Shown here: positions 7,994-18,366 of the stretch, one piece after another | Numbering within the stretch: the first letter of the stretch is position 1 | Layout of the letters: each line of letters begins with the position of its first letter | Sequence record: DRR378314_168 | Reading direction: 5' to 3' (one strand) | Length of the DNA: 41,272 bases | Made by a program: the position numbers and the translations under genes | Notes under the pieces: model-generated | What the model saw: only the letters and a program-made list of their open reading frames with translations | Told to the model about the DNA's origin: nothing | Databases searched by the model: none

Positions 7994-8830
7994 TTAATCG
8001 AGGAAGAAATCAGGCAGCAACTGGTCGTCGGAAAGCTGCGGGTCGACTTTGTACACCGACAGGTCGGTGACGCCGGCCTGGCGGACCACCTCGTCGTCGA
8101 TAAAGAAGTTGCCGCTGCACTCCGCCTGCGGCCGGGTCAGGATCCAGTGCGCCGCGTCCGCCATGATCTCCGGCTGGCGCGCCGCCCGCACCGCCATCTC
8201 GCCGCCGAGATGGTTGCGCACCGCGGCCGTGTTGATGGCCGTGCGCGGCCAGAGCGCGTTCACCCCCACCTTGCCGGCGTATTCGTCCGCCATGCCCAGC
8301 ACGCACAGGCTCATGCCGTACTTGGCCATGGTGTAGGCCAGATGGCGGCCGAACCAGGCCGGGTTCATGTTCAGCGGCGGCGACAGATTGAGAATGTGCG
8401 GGTTGTCCGCCCGGCGCAGCAGCGGCAGACACAGCTTGCTGGTCATGAAGGTGCCGCGGCTGTTGACCTGATTCATCAGGTCGTAGGACTTCATGGTGGT
8501 GCCTTCGGTGGGGGTCAGGGCGATGGCGCTGGCGTTGTTGACCAGAATGTCGATGCCGCCGAACTCGGCTTCGGCCTTGTCCACGGCGGCCTGGACCTGA
8601 TCCTCGTAGCGGATGTCGCCGACGCACACCAGGGCCTCGCCGCCGGCCTCGCGGATTTCCTCGGCGGCGGTATAGAGCGTGCCCGGCAGCTTGGGGTGCG
8701 GCTCGGTGGTCTTGGCGAACAGCACCACCCGGGCGCCGTCACGGGCGGCGCGCACGCCGATGGCTTTGCCGATGCCGCGGCTGGCACCGGTGATGAACAG
8801 GGTCTTTCCTTTCAGGGTGGCGGCGGTCAT
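7994..8830 (-). CDS. Short-chain dehydrogenase/reductase, HSDL2-like (278 aa)
   Basis: TGASRGIG, KTTEPHPKLPGT, LVNNASAI, YTMAKYGMS (YxxxK) and NALWPRT. Confidence 0.92.
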   Translation of the reverse strand: MTAATLKGKTLFITGASRGIGKAIGVRAARDGARVVLFAKTTEPHPKLPGTLYTAAEEIREAGGEALVCVGDIRYEDQVQAAVDKAEAEFGGIDILVNNASAIALTPTEGTTMKSYDLMNQVNSRGTFMTSKLCLPLLRRADNPHILNLSPPLNMNPAWFGRHLAYTMAKYGMSLCVLGMADEYAGKVGVNALWPRTAINTAAVRNHLGGEMAVRAARQPEIMADAAHWILTRPQAECSGNFFIDDEVVRQAGVTDLSVYKVDPQLSDDQLLPDFFLD

Positions 8831-9046
8831 GACCGTATCCTCGGCATGAAGAATGGAGATTCACGCTAGCAAGAGCGGGCCGGGGGCGGCAATACACAAA
8901 CCTGCGGGTTATGGCTCCCGGCCGGCGAGGACTTGCTCCCGCGCTTGGGAAACGGGTATCTTGTGGCCTGTCTGGTCATTTTGGGCCATCGGTGCGAAGG
9001 CCCTAGGGCGGACAAAGACACAGGTTGGTGAAGACGGGCAAAACGT

Positions 9047-10060
9047 ATGACGATTCTAAAAATGACGGCGGAGGACTACACCCTGTCCGCCGAATACCTG
9101 GGCCCGATGCTGGAGGCCCTGCAAAAACGGGGCATCGACGAACAGGAAGCGCTGGCCGGGCTGGACATCGAGCCGGGCTGCTGGCGCGATCCCAAGGCCC
9201 GTGTCACCGCCCTGACCTTCAAGCGCTTCTCCCGGCGGCTGGTGGAGCTGACCGGCGAGCCCTGGATCGGCTGGGAACTGGGCGCCTCCATGCCGCTGTC
9301 GTCGCACGGGTTTCTCGGCTACGCGGCGATGAGCAGCAATACCCTGGGCGACGCCATCGAGCTGGCGGTGAAGTTTTTCCGCACCCGCGGCACCATCGTC
9401 CAGCTGGAAGCTTTCGTGGAGGGCGAGTGGGCGGTGCTGCAGCTCAACGAGATGCTGTCGCTCGGCGAGCACGGACCGCTGCTCACCGAAAGCCTGTTCT
9501 CCAGCTTCCACTTCATGGGCCTGCAGCTGATGCCGGACATCGAGATCCTCGGCGAGCTGCGCTTCGCCTACCCGGAGCCGGCGTACTTTTCGCGCCTGCG
9601 GCCGATGATTCCGGTGCCGATCTATTTCGACTGCGCCTACAGCCAGATGCGCTTCCCCGCCGAGCGGCTGCAACGGCGGTTGCGCTTCGCCGACCCGCGC
9701 CTGGCGCAGATGGCCGCCGCCCAGTGCGAGCAGGAAATGGAGCAGATCAAGGCGCCGCCGGCGCTGCTGGGTCAGGTGCGGCGGGTGATGCTGGCGGGCT
9801 CCGGCGGGTTTCCGGGCGTCGAGGAGGTGGCGTCGGAGATGCACATGTCGTCGCGCACGCTCAAGCGCAAACTCCAGCAGCTGGGCACCAGCTATCAGAA
9901 GCTGCTGGATGATCTGCGTAAGGGGCTGGCGGTGGAGTACCTCACCCAGAGCGGGCGTTCGGTGGACGATATCGCCCTGGCGCTGGGCTATTCGGACGCC
10001 TCCAATTTTGCCCGCGCGTTCCGGCGCTGGACCGGCAAGAGCCCGTCGGATTACCGCTGA
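9047..10060 (+). CDS. AraC-family transcriptional regulator with N-terminal ligand-binding domain (337 aa)
   Basis: HGFLGYAAMSSNTLGDA N-terminal domain. C-terminal double HTH MSSRTLKRKL...IALALGYSDASNFARAFRRWTGKSP. Confidence 0.93.
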   Translation: MTILKMTAEDYTLSAEYLGPMLEALQKRGIDEQEALAGLDIEPGCWRDPKARVTALTFKRFSRRLVELTGEPWIGWELGASMPLSSHGFLGYAAMSSNTLGDAIELAVKFFRTRGTIVQLEAFVEGEWAVLQLNEMLSLGEHGPLLTESLFSSFHFMGLQLMPDIEILGELRFAYPEPAYFSRLRPMIPVPIYFDCAYSQMRFPAERLQRRLRFADPRLAQMAAAQCEQEMEQIKAPPALLGQVRRVMLAGSGGFPGVEEVASEMHMSSRTLKRKLQQLGTSYQKLLDDLRKGLAVEYLTQSGRSVDDIALALGYSDASNFARAFRRWTGKSPSDYR

Positions 10061-10067
10061 ACGGCGC

Positions 10068-10460
10068 TTACAGCCTGGCGATCAGATCCGCCACGGCGCC
10101 GCCCAGGCCGCCCAGCAACAGCGTCAGGGTGGCCAGGAAGCCGAGCAAAAAGCCGCGCCCCCGGTCCCGGGGCGACGCCAGATAGGCGTTGAAATAGAGC
10201 TGCCGGCCGATCACGAACAGCGCCCCCAGCGCCGCGGCGGCGCGCGGTTCCAGATACCAGGCGCACAGCCACAGACCGGGCAGGAACAGGATCAGCTGCT
10301 CCACCGTGTTGGCGTGCACGCGCAGGCTGCGCTCGAACAGTTCGTGGCCCTGCACCGCCGGCGCGCGGATCTGGTACTTGACCCGGGCACGGCCGACGAC
10401 AAAGCTGAACAGCGCGCACTGCAGCAACGCCACGACGGTGATAATGGCAACCCATTCCAT
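10068..10460 (-). CDS. MAPEG family membrane protein (130 aa)
   Basis: VGRARVKYQIRAP, FERSLRVHANTVEQ and four hydrophobic helices. Confidence 0.88.
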   Translation of the reverse strand: MEWVAIITVVALLQCALFSFVVGRARVKYQIRAPAVQGHELFERSLRVHANTVEQLILFLPGLWLCAWYLEPRAAAALGALFVIGRQLYFNAYLASPRDRGRGFLLGFLATLTLLLGGLGGAVADLIARL

Positions 10461-10609
10461 GACTTTCCCCCAAGCAGGTATGGTTAAGCCGGCGCCAGGC
10501 AGACAGCGCCGCTATATTCTTATTTTTGCGCATCATCCTAGAGCGTTTTTCGTACGATCGCATCTTTTGCCGCCGGGATCGGCCCGGTGGCGTGACCACG
10601 GAATCGAGA

Positions 10610-11008
10610 ATGACGGAATTACACCCACGCTTGGCGGCGGACACCGGCGCCCTGGGCGAGACTGAACTGTGCTGGCTGCGCTGGATGCGTGATGCCCGTT
10701 TCCCCTGGCTGATCGTGGTGCCCAAGCGCGACGGTCTGCGCGAGTGGCACCACCTGCCGGCGGCGGACCAGCAGCGGCTGTTGTCGACCGTGAACCACCT
10801 TGCCGGGGAGCTGGAGAGGGTCACCGGCGCCGATAAGATCAATCTCGGCGCCCTCGGCAATCTGGTGCCGCAGCTGCACGTGCACATCATCGCCCGCTTT
10901 CGCGATGACCCCTGCTGGCCCGGGCCGGTGTGGGGGCAGGGCCAGCCGGTGCCGGTGGACGGCACGCCGGACTGGCTGGCGCGGCTGGCGCTGCCCGAGG
11001 AGAGCTAG
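10610..11008 (+). CDS. HIT-family protein (132 aa)
   Basis: LHPRLAADT, DARFPWLIVVP, KINLGALGNLVPQLHVHIIAR and WPGPVWG. Start MTELHP. Confidence 0.88.
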   Translation: MTELHPRLAADTGALGETELCWLRWMRDARFPWLIVVPKRDGLREWHHLPAADQQRLLSTVNHLAGELERVTGADKINLGALGNLVPQLHVHIIARFRDDPCWPGPVWGQGQPVPVDGTPDWLARLALPEES

Positions 11009-11010
11009 AG

Positions 11011-11199
11011 ATGGAATTAATCGCGGTGGACGTGCAATGCCCCCACTGCTGGGAGCATTTCGAGGCCCTGGTGGATCCGTCCCAGGGGGATCAGGAGTAT
11101 GTGGAGGACTGCCACATCTGCTGCCGCCCCCTGGTGCTCACCGTCGACCTCACCGACCCCGAGGCGCCCTCGGTGTCGGTGACGCCGGAAAACGACTGA
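11011..11199 (+). CDS. CPXCG-motif cysteine-rich small protein (62 aa)
   Basis: CPHCWE...QEYVEDCHICCRP. GGAG SD, starts 2 nt after the HIT stop. Confidence 0.85.
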   Translation: MELIAVDVQCPHCWEHFEALVDPSQGDQEYVEDCHICCRPLVLTVDLTDPEAPSVSVTPEND

Positions 11200-11208
11200 C
11201 GGACCCGC

Positions 11209-11802
11209 TCAGGGGTTGTCGTTGCCGGCCAGGAAGGCCTGCATTTCCGGGTCGTTGAGCATCCGCTCGATGGAACGGCTGAGGATGTCGTTGACCATTT
11301 CCTGGTTGCGCGCTGCCGACGGCGTAAAGGGCAGGTCGTGCTCGACGCTGCTCTTGTAGGTGCCCACATGGGTGGTGTCGCCGCGCCGGGCCTCGGCCAC
11401 CAGCTCCAGGTTCAGGGTCACTTCGTTGACCACCGACCCCTCTTCGGGGATGTACTCCAGTTTTTCCAGGCGCACTTCCAGGGTGGTGGCCTCGTCGCCC
11501 GGGTTGAAGGCGTTGTAGCCCAGCGTCTGCAGCCCCTGGCGGACGGTCTCGGCGATCGCCGGGCGCAGGTCGTTGGCCGGCTGCACCAGGGAGGTGTCCT
11601 TGTACACACCGCCCCGCGAGCCGAACGCTTTGCTGTCCCGGGAATCCACCGCGATCACCTGCACCGGCTGGTTGTTGCCGCGGTTGGCGGGCTGCACTTC
11701 GGCGGTGGGTTTCACTTCGATCTGCTGGGGGCTGAGCGCGCAGCCGGTCAGCGACAGCGCCAGGGCGGCGCCGGTGAAAAGCGTGGCGAGGGTCGATTTC
11801 AT
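11209..11802 (-). CDS. YajG-family lipoprotein (197 aa)
   Basis: GGAG SD, lipobox LTGC, CALSPQQI, VDSR...GSRGGVY, and C-terminal helix MLNDPEMQAFL. Confidence 0.75.
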   Translation of the reverse strand: MKSTLATLFTGAALALSLTGCALSPQQIEVKPTAEVQPANRGNNQPVQVIAVDSRDSKAFGSRGGVYKDTSLVQPANDLRPAIAETVRQGLQTLGYNAFNPGDEATTLEVRLEKLEYIPEEGSVVNEVTLNLELVAEARRGDTTHVGTYKSSVEHDLPFTPSAARNQEMVNDILSRSIERMLNDPEMQAFLAGNDNP

Positions 11803-11865
11803 CCGTGTGGTCTCCGTAAGGGCGTTCACTGAAACGGGGTCGTGGTTCGACTCCATCAATGCAGT

Positions 11866-12837
11866 TTAGTGCGTTCGCTTCAAGGATTCTTCCGCCAGAT
11901 TGTGGAGCGCGTCCTTGTAGTGGGAAGCGGGCACCGGCGCCAGCGCATCCAGGGCCAGCCGGGTCTGCTCGGCGGCCCGCTCCACGGTGTAGCTGAGCCC
12001 GCCGCAGTCGTGCACGATCTCGACGATCTGTTCCAGCTGTTCCAGGCCGCCGGTGCGAATCGCGTCCTTGATCAGCCCGGCCTGCTCCGGGGCGCCGTGC
12101 TGGATGGCGTAAATCAGGGGCAGGGTGGGTTTGCCCTCGGCCAGGTCGTCGCCCACGTTCTTGCCGAGCTCATTGACGTCGCCCTGGTAGTCGAGCACGT
12201 CGTCGATCAGCTGGAAAGCGATGCCCAGATGGCGGCCAAAAGTGGCGAACGCCTGGGAAAAGTCCGTTTCCGTGCGGGCGCCCAGCACCGCGCCGGTCTC
12301 CGCCGCCGATTCGAACATCTTGGCGGTCTTGTGGTGGATCACGCGCATGTAGCTGGGCTCGGTGGTGCTCGGGTCACGGGTATTGATCAGCTGCAGCACC
12401 TCGCCCTCGGAGATGGTGTTGGTGCTCTGCGAGAGAATCTCCAGCAGGCGCTGATCACGCAGCGCCACCATCAGCTGGAACGCCCGGGAAATCAGGAAGT
12501 CCCCCACCAGCACGCTGGCGGAGTTGCCCCAGACCGCGTTCACCGTGGGCCGGCCCCGGCGCAGGCTGGATTCGTCCACCACGTCGTCGTGGAGCAGGGT
12601 GGCGGTGTGCAGAAATTCGATCACCGCCGCCACATCCACGTGCTGGGCGCCGGTGTAGCCGGATGCTCGCGCGCTCAGCAGCCCCACCAGCGGGCGCAAG
12701 CGTTTGCCGCCGGAGTCGACGATGTACTCCCCCACCTCGCGGATCAGCGGTACCTCGGTGTCCAGGTGGTGGGTGATGAAGCGGTTCACCGCCTCGAAAT
12801 CCTCGGCGACGACAGAGCTGATGGCCTTGAAATCCAT
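11866..12837 (-). CDS. ispB: Octaprenyl-diphosphate synthase
   Basis: GGKRLRP, LLHDDVVD (FARM), FQLIDDVLD (SARM) and GKNVGDDLAEGK. Divergent from rplU. Confidence 0.95.
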   Translation of the reverse strand: MDFKAISSVVAEDFEAVNRFITHHLDTEVPLIREVGEYIVDSGGKRLRPLVGLLSARASGYTGAQHVDVAAVIEFLHTATLLHDDVVDESSLRRGRPTVNAVWGNSASVLVGDFLISRAFQLMVALRDQRLLEILSQSTNTISEGEVLQLINTRDPSTTEPSYMRVIHHKTAKMFESAAETGAVLGARTETDFSQAFATFGRHLGIAFQLIDDVLDYQGDVNELGKNVGDDLAEGKPTLPLIYAIQHGAPEQAGLIKDAIRTGGLEQLEQIVEIVHDCGGLSYTVERAAEQTRLALDALAPVPASHYKDALHNLAEESLKRTH

Positions 12838-12879
12838 GAAGTAGCTATCCGGCTAAAAAGGGGCGGTAAACAGCGGGCA

Positions 12880-12907
12880 ATGCTAGCAGCGGGGCCCGGC
12901 CAGTCAA
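12880..12907 (-). promoter_or_regulatory. Sigma70 promoter for ispB
   Basis: Minus strand TTGACT-N16-TAGCAT. Confidence 0.5.
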
Positions 12908-12955
12908 GAAAACCCGGCCACCGGAAGGTCGCTGTAAAAGCCGTGTCATGCGGGC

Positions 12956-12984
12956 TTGAGGCGCATCAACCTTTAGCGTACACT
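12956..12984 (+). promoter_or_regulatory. Sigma70 promoter for rplU-rpmA
   Basis: TTGAGG-N17-TACACT followed by a GC-rich discriminator. Confidence 0.55.
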
Positions 12985-13077
12985 TCGCGACCCGATTTAA
13001 TCATCCCACGGGCACCGAAAGCGACCGCCTGATTTCAGGGCCGGGTCCGCCCAAGAGGAACCATCTGGAGCAAGTAG

Positions 13078-13389
13078 ATGTACGCAGTCATCAAAACGGG
13101 TGGCAAGCAGTACCGCGTTGAAGAGGGTGACACCCTGCGCGTGGAAAAGATCGAAGTGGCCACCGGTGAATCCGTGGACTTTGATCAAGTGCTGCTGGTC
13201 GCCGACGGCGACGACGTGAAGGTCGGCCAGCCGCTGCTGGAAGGCGCCAAGGTCACCGCCGAAGTGGTTGAGCAGGGCCGTCACAAGAAGATCAAGATTG
13301 TGAAGTTCCGCCGCCGCAAGCATTCCCGCAAGCAGCAGGGCCATCGCCAGTGGTACACTGCGGTGAAAATCACCGGGATCCAGGGCTGA
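13078..13389 (+). CDS. rplU: 50S ribosomal protein L21
   Basis: [14 protein letters not shown]...[16 protein letters not shown]. Confidence 0.99.
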   Translation: MYAVIKTGGKQYRVEEGDTLRVEKIEVATGESVDFDQVLLVADGDDVKVGQPLLEGAKVTAEVVEQGRHKKIKIVKFRRRKHSRKQQGHRQWYTAVKITGIQG

Positions 13390-13415
13390 TCCGGACGCAA
13401 CGAGAGGATTGAAAC

Positions 13416-13676
13416 ATGGCACATAAAAAAGCCGGTGGTAGTACTCGTAACGGTCGCGACTCGGAAAGTAAACGCCTTGGCGTGAAGCGCTTCGGCGGCC
13501 AGGTCGTTCAGGCCGGCGAAATCATCGTTCGCCAGCGCGGCACCCGTTTCCACCCCGGAGTGAACACCGGGATTGGCAAGGACCACACCATCTTCGCCAA
13601 GGAAGCCGGACGCGTTAAGTTCGAAGTCAAAGGCCCGCTCAGCCGCAAATACGTGGTGATCGAGCCCGTGGCCTGA
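13416..13676 (+). CDS. rpmA: 50S ribosomal protein L27
   Basis: [24 protein letters not shown]. Confidence 0.99.
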   Translation: MAHKKAGGSTRNGRDSESKRLGVKRFGGQVVQAGEIIVRQRGTRFHPGVNTGIGKDHTIFAKEAGRVKFEVKGPLSRKYVVIEPVA

Positions 13677-13691
13677 TCCCTCCGGGATCTG

Positions 13692-13729
13692 AAAAAGCCC
13701 CGCGAGGCTCGCGCCCGCGGGGCTTTTTT
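13692..13729 (+). terminator. Intrinsic terminator after rpmA
   Basis: AAAAAGCCCCGCG...CGCGGGGCTTTTTT. Confidence 0.9.
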
Positions 13730-13730
13730 G

Positions 13731-13805
13731 TGACCGCCATCCCTGGCGGTCATCCTGCGGACCGTCGCTGGCGCGACGTCAAAAATCGCTCCTGGCGAAT
13801 TTTTG
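13731..13805. repeat. REP/MITE-like triple-hairpin extragenic element
   Basis: TGACCGCCA-TCCC-TGGCGGTCA, CGTCGC-TGGC-GCGACG and CAAAAATCGC-TCCTG-GCGAATTTTTG in tandem, bracketed by TTTTTGTGA direct repeats. Single copy in this window. Confidence 0.5.
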
Positions 13806-13844
13806 TGAGCGACCGGGCGCCCTACGTTAGAATGCCTCCTTTAG

Positions 13845-15047
<1,203 letters not shown>

Positions 15048-15082
15048 TCGGTCATCACTTTACTGAAAGCGGGAAAGGCACC

Positions 15083-16189
15083 ATGGCGCAACGCGCACGC
15101 TGGGTAATCAAAATTGGCAGCGCTCTGCTCACCAACGACGGCCGCGGCCTGGACCGGGACCTGATGCAGGTCTGGGTGGACCGCATGGTGGCCCTGCGCG
15201 AGCGCGGCATCGACGTCATGGTGGTGTCCTCCGGCGCGGTGGCCGAGGGCATGACCCGGCTGGGCTGGGCGCGCCGCCCGGATTCCGTGCATCAGCTGCA
15301 GGCCGCCGCCGCCGTCGGCCAGATGGGGCTGGTGCAGGCCTGGGAATCCTGCTTCCAGAAGCACCGGCTGCACACCGCCCAGGTACTGCTCACCCACGAC
15401 GACCTCTCCGACCGCAAGCGCTACCTGAACGCGCGCAGCACCCTGCTGACGCTGCTGGGCTTTTCCGTGGTGCCGGTGGTCAACGAAAACGACACCGTGG
15501 TCACCGACGAGATCCGTTTCGGCGACAACGACACCCTGGCCGCCCTGGTGGCCAACCTGGTGGAAGCCGAGCGGCTGGTGATCCTCACCGACCAAGACGG
15601 CCTGTTCGACGCCGACCCCCGCCAGAATCCGGCGGCGCGCCTGATTCCCAGCGCCCGCGCCTCCGACCCGGCCCTGGCCGCCATGGCCGGCGGTGGCGGC
15701 TCCGGGCTGGGCCGTGGCGGCATGACCACCAAGGTGCGCGCCGCCGCGCTGGCGGCGCGCTCGGGCACCATGACCACCATCGCCTCCGGGCGCCGCCCGG
15801 AGGTGCTCACCGAGCTGGTGGACGGCCAGGCCCCGGGCACCACGCTGCTGCCGGACACCTCGCCGATGAACGCCCGCAAGCAGTGGCTGGCGGGGCATCT
15901 GCGCATGCGCGGCCGGCTGATTCTCGACGACGGCGCCGCCCGACGGCTGCGTGAAGCCGGCTCCAGCCTGTTGCCGGTGGGGGTGGTGGATGTGTTCGGC
16001 CAGTTCTCGCGCGGTGAGATGGTGGCCTGCGAGGACCGGCACGGCGAGCGCGTGGCCTGCGGTCTGGTCAACTACGACGCCGCCGACGCCCGCCGCCTGT
16101 GCGGCAAGAAGAGCCACGAGATCGCCGACGTGCTGGGCTTTATGAACGAGGAAGAACTGATCCACCGGGACAATATGGTGGTGCTGTAG
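15083..16189 (+). CDS. proB: Glutamate 5-kinase with PUA domain
   Basis: [35 protein letters not shown] and a C-terminal PUA (SSLLPVGV...IHRDN). Confidence 0.97.
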   Translation: MAQRARWVIKIGSALLTNDGRGLDRDLMQVWVDRMVALRERGIDVMVVSSGAVAEGMTRLGWARRPDSVHQLQAAAAVGQMGLVQAWESCFQKHRLHTAQVLLTHDDLSDRKRYLNARSTLLTLLGFSVVPVVNENDTVVTDEIRFGDNDTLAALVANLVEAERLVILTDQDGLFDADPRQNPAARLIPSARASDPALAAMAGGGGSGLGRGGMTTKVRAAALAARSGTMTTIASGRRPEVLTELVDGQAPGTTLLPDTSPMNARKQWLAGHLRMRGRLILDDGAARRLREAGSSLLPVGVVDVFGQFSRGEMVACEDRHGERVACGLVNYDAADARRLCGKKSHEIADVLGFMNEEELIHRDNMVVL

Positions 16190-16211
16190 TCGGAGGCGGA
16201 TCTTCAGGCAT

Positions 16212-16240
16212 AAAAAAACCGGCCAGAGGCCGGTTTTTTT
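16212..16240. terminator. Bidirectional intrinsic terminator between proB and rpsT
   Basis: A7-CCGGCC-AGA-GGCCGG-T7. Confidence 0.92.
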
Positions 16241-16259
16241 AGCGAACGCGTTCGATCAA

Positions 16260-16526
16260 TCAGGCCGCCATGGCCTTGATCTTGGCGTTCAGGCGGCTCT
16301 TGTGACGAGCGGATTTGTTCGGGTGGAACTTACCCTTCTGGGTGGCCTTATCCAGCACCGAGGTCGCCTTTTGGTACGCTTGCTGAGCGGCGCCTTGGTC
16401 GCCGGACGCAATGGCCGCGTTCACCTTCTTGAGGTACGTACGCACCATGGAACGCATCGCTGCGTTGTGCTTACGACGCTGTTCCGCCTGACGCGCGCGC
16501 TTGCGTGCTTGCGGTGAGTTAGCCAA
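16260..16526 (-). CDS. rpsT: 30S ribosomal protein S20 (TTG start, 88 aa)
   Basis: (M)ANSPQARKRARQAEQRRKHNAAMRSMVRT...ARHKSRL. AGGAG SD before TTG. Confidence 0.97.
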   Translation of the reverse strand: MANSPQARKRARQAEQRRKHNAAMRSMVRTYLKKVNAAIASGDQGAAQQAYQKATSVLDKATQKGKFHPNKSARHKSRLNAKIKAMAA

Positions 16527-16618
16527 GGTCCTGCTCCTATATATAAATCGGTAATTCGATGGTGATAATCGATTAGGACCGGGCGGATGCTGCCATTGGC
16601 CGGTCCTGAAGACGCGCA

Positions 16619-16647
16619 ACTATGCCGATCCGGGTGCCGATTGTCAA
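16619..16647 (-). promoter_or_regulatory. Sigma70 promoter for rpsT
   Basis: Minus strand TTGACA-N17-CATAGT followed by a GC-rich discriminator. Confidence 0.65.
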
Positions 16648-16718
16648 TCCCCGGGGCGGGCCTGTGGCGGTGACGGCGGGCTTTGGTTACTCTTGGCCGG
16701 TTTTTCGGAGGCGCCGGG

Positions 16719-18293
16719 ATGGACGAGCAGGAAACAGCGGGTAAAAAGGGCGGTTTGCTGGCTTCGACCCTGGTGGTGAGCAGCATGACGCTGCTGTCCC
16801 GGGTGCTGGGGCTGGTCCGCGACGTGGTGCTGGCACGGCTGCTGGGCGCCTCGGCGGGCACCGACGCTTTCTTCGTGGCGTTCCGCATCCCCAATTTCCT
16901 GCGCCGCCTGTTCGCCGAGGGCGCCTTCAACCAGGCCTTCGTGCCGGTGCTCAGCGAATACCGCACCCGCCAGCGTGACGAGGGCAGTGCGGCCGCCACC
17001 AAGGCGCTGATCGACCGGGTCGCCGGCACCCTGGGCGGCACCCTGGCGCTGATCACCCTGGTCGGGGTGCTGGCGGCGCCGCTGCTGATCTGGCTGTTCG
17101 CCCCGGGCTTCGGCGACGACCCGCACAAGCGCGCCCTGGCGGTGGAAATGCTGCGGCTCACCTTCCCGTACCTGTTTTTCATCTCGCTGACCGCCTTCGC
17201 CGGCGCCATTCTCAACACCTGGAACCGCTTCGCGGTGCCCGCCTTCACCCCGGTGCTGCTCAATCTCAGCCTGATCGGCAGCGCCCTCTACCTGGCGCCG
17301 CAGTTCGCCGAGGGGCGCATGGCGGTGGCGCTGGCCTGGGGCGTGCTGATCGCCGGCACCGTGCAGTTGCTGTTCCAGCTGCCGTTCCTGGCCCGTCTCA
17401 ATTTGATGCCGGTGCCGCGCATGGCCTGGCGCGACGAAGGCGTGCGCCGCATCCTGCGCCTGATGGCGCCGGCCATGTTCGGGGTGTCGGTGAGCCAGAT
17501 CAATCTGCTGCTGGACACGGTGCTGGCGTCCCTGTTGCAGACCGGCTCGGTGACCTGGCTGTACTACTCCGACCGGCTGGTGGAGTTGCCCCTGGGCGTG
17601 TTCGCCATCGCCATCGGCACGGTGATCCTGCCCAGCCTGTCCGGCAAGCACGCCGGCGATGATCCGCAAGCGTTCAGCCGCACCCTGGACTGGGCGCTGA
17701 AACTGGTGCTGCTGATCGGCGTGCCGGCGGCGCTGGCGCTGGCGGTGATCGCCGAGCCGCTGCTGGCGACCCTGTTCAACCACGGCGAGTTCGGCGCCAA
17801 CGACGTGCTGCGCTCGGCGGAATCCCTGCGCGCTTACAGCGCCGGGCTGGTGGCGTTCATGCTGATCAAGATTCTGGCGCCGGGCTATTTCGCCCGCCAG
17901 GACACCCGCACACCGGTGAAAATCGGCATTATCGCCATGGTCGCCAACATGGCCCTGAACCTGGCGTTGATCTGGCCGCTTCAGCACGCCGGCCTGGCGC
18001 TGGCGACCTCGCTGTCCGCCTGGCTCAACGCCGGTCTGCTTTATATAGGGTTGCGCCGCGGCGGCGTGTACCGGCCGATGAAGGGCTGGTGGCAGCACGG
18101 CCTGCGGCCGGCTCTGGCCGGCGGTGCCATGGCCGGGGCGATCTACTGGCTGGCACGGCAGGCCACGGTGTGGCTGAATGGGGCGCTGTGGGATCGCATC
18201 CTCTGGCTGGGCCTGATCGTGGTGGCGGGATTGGCGGTTTATCTGCTCGCCTTGCTGATTCTTGGCCTCAGACCTCGCCACTTGCGCCGATGA
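16719..18293 (+). CDS. murJ: Lipid II flippase MurJ (MviN)
   Basis: TLLSRVLGLVRD, AFRIPNFLRRLFAEGAFNQAFVP and YYSDRLVELPLG. GGAGG SD before ATG 16719. Confidence 0.97.
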   Translation: MDEQETAGKKGGLLASTLVVSSMTLLSRVLGLVRDVVLARLLGASAGTDAFFVAFRIPNFLRRLFAEGAFNQAFVPVLSEYRTRQRDEGSAAATKALIDRVAGTLGGTLALITLVGVLAAPLLIWLFAPGFGDDPHKRALAVEMLRLTFPYLFFISLTAFAGAILNTWNRFAVPAFTPVLLNLSLIGSALYLAPQFAEGRMAVALAWGVLIAGTVQLLFQLPFLARLNLMPVPRMAWRDEGVRRILRLMAPAMFGVSVSQINLLLDTVLASLLQTGSVTWLYYSDRLVELPLGVFAIAIGTVILPSLSGKHAGDDPQAFSRTLDWALKLVLLIGVPAALALAVIAEPLLATLFNHGEFGANDVLRSAESLRAYSAGLVAFMLIKILAPGYFARQDTRTPVKIGIIAMVANMALNLALIWPLQHAGLALATSLSAWLNAGLLYIGLRRGGVYRPMKGWWQHGLRPALAGGAMAGAIYWLARQATVWLNGALWDRILWLGLIVVAGLAVYLLALLILGLRPRHLRR

Positions 18294-18366
18294 TTCCTAT
18301 AATCGGCCCTCTTTTCTCCCGCGTGCCGGCATAAAGCCGGCCGGGCGGGAACCTGACGAGGGCGGA

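Noticed and set aside
16524..16526. Non-ATG (TTG) start of rpsT
   Set aside because: Conserved, well-known feature of rpsT.
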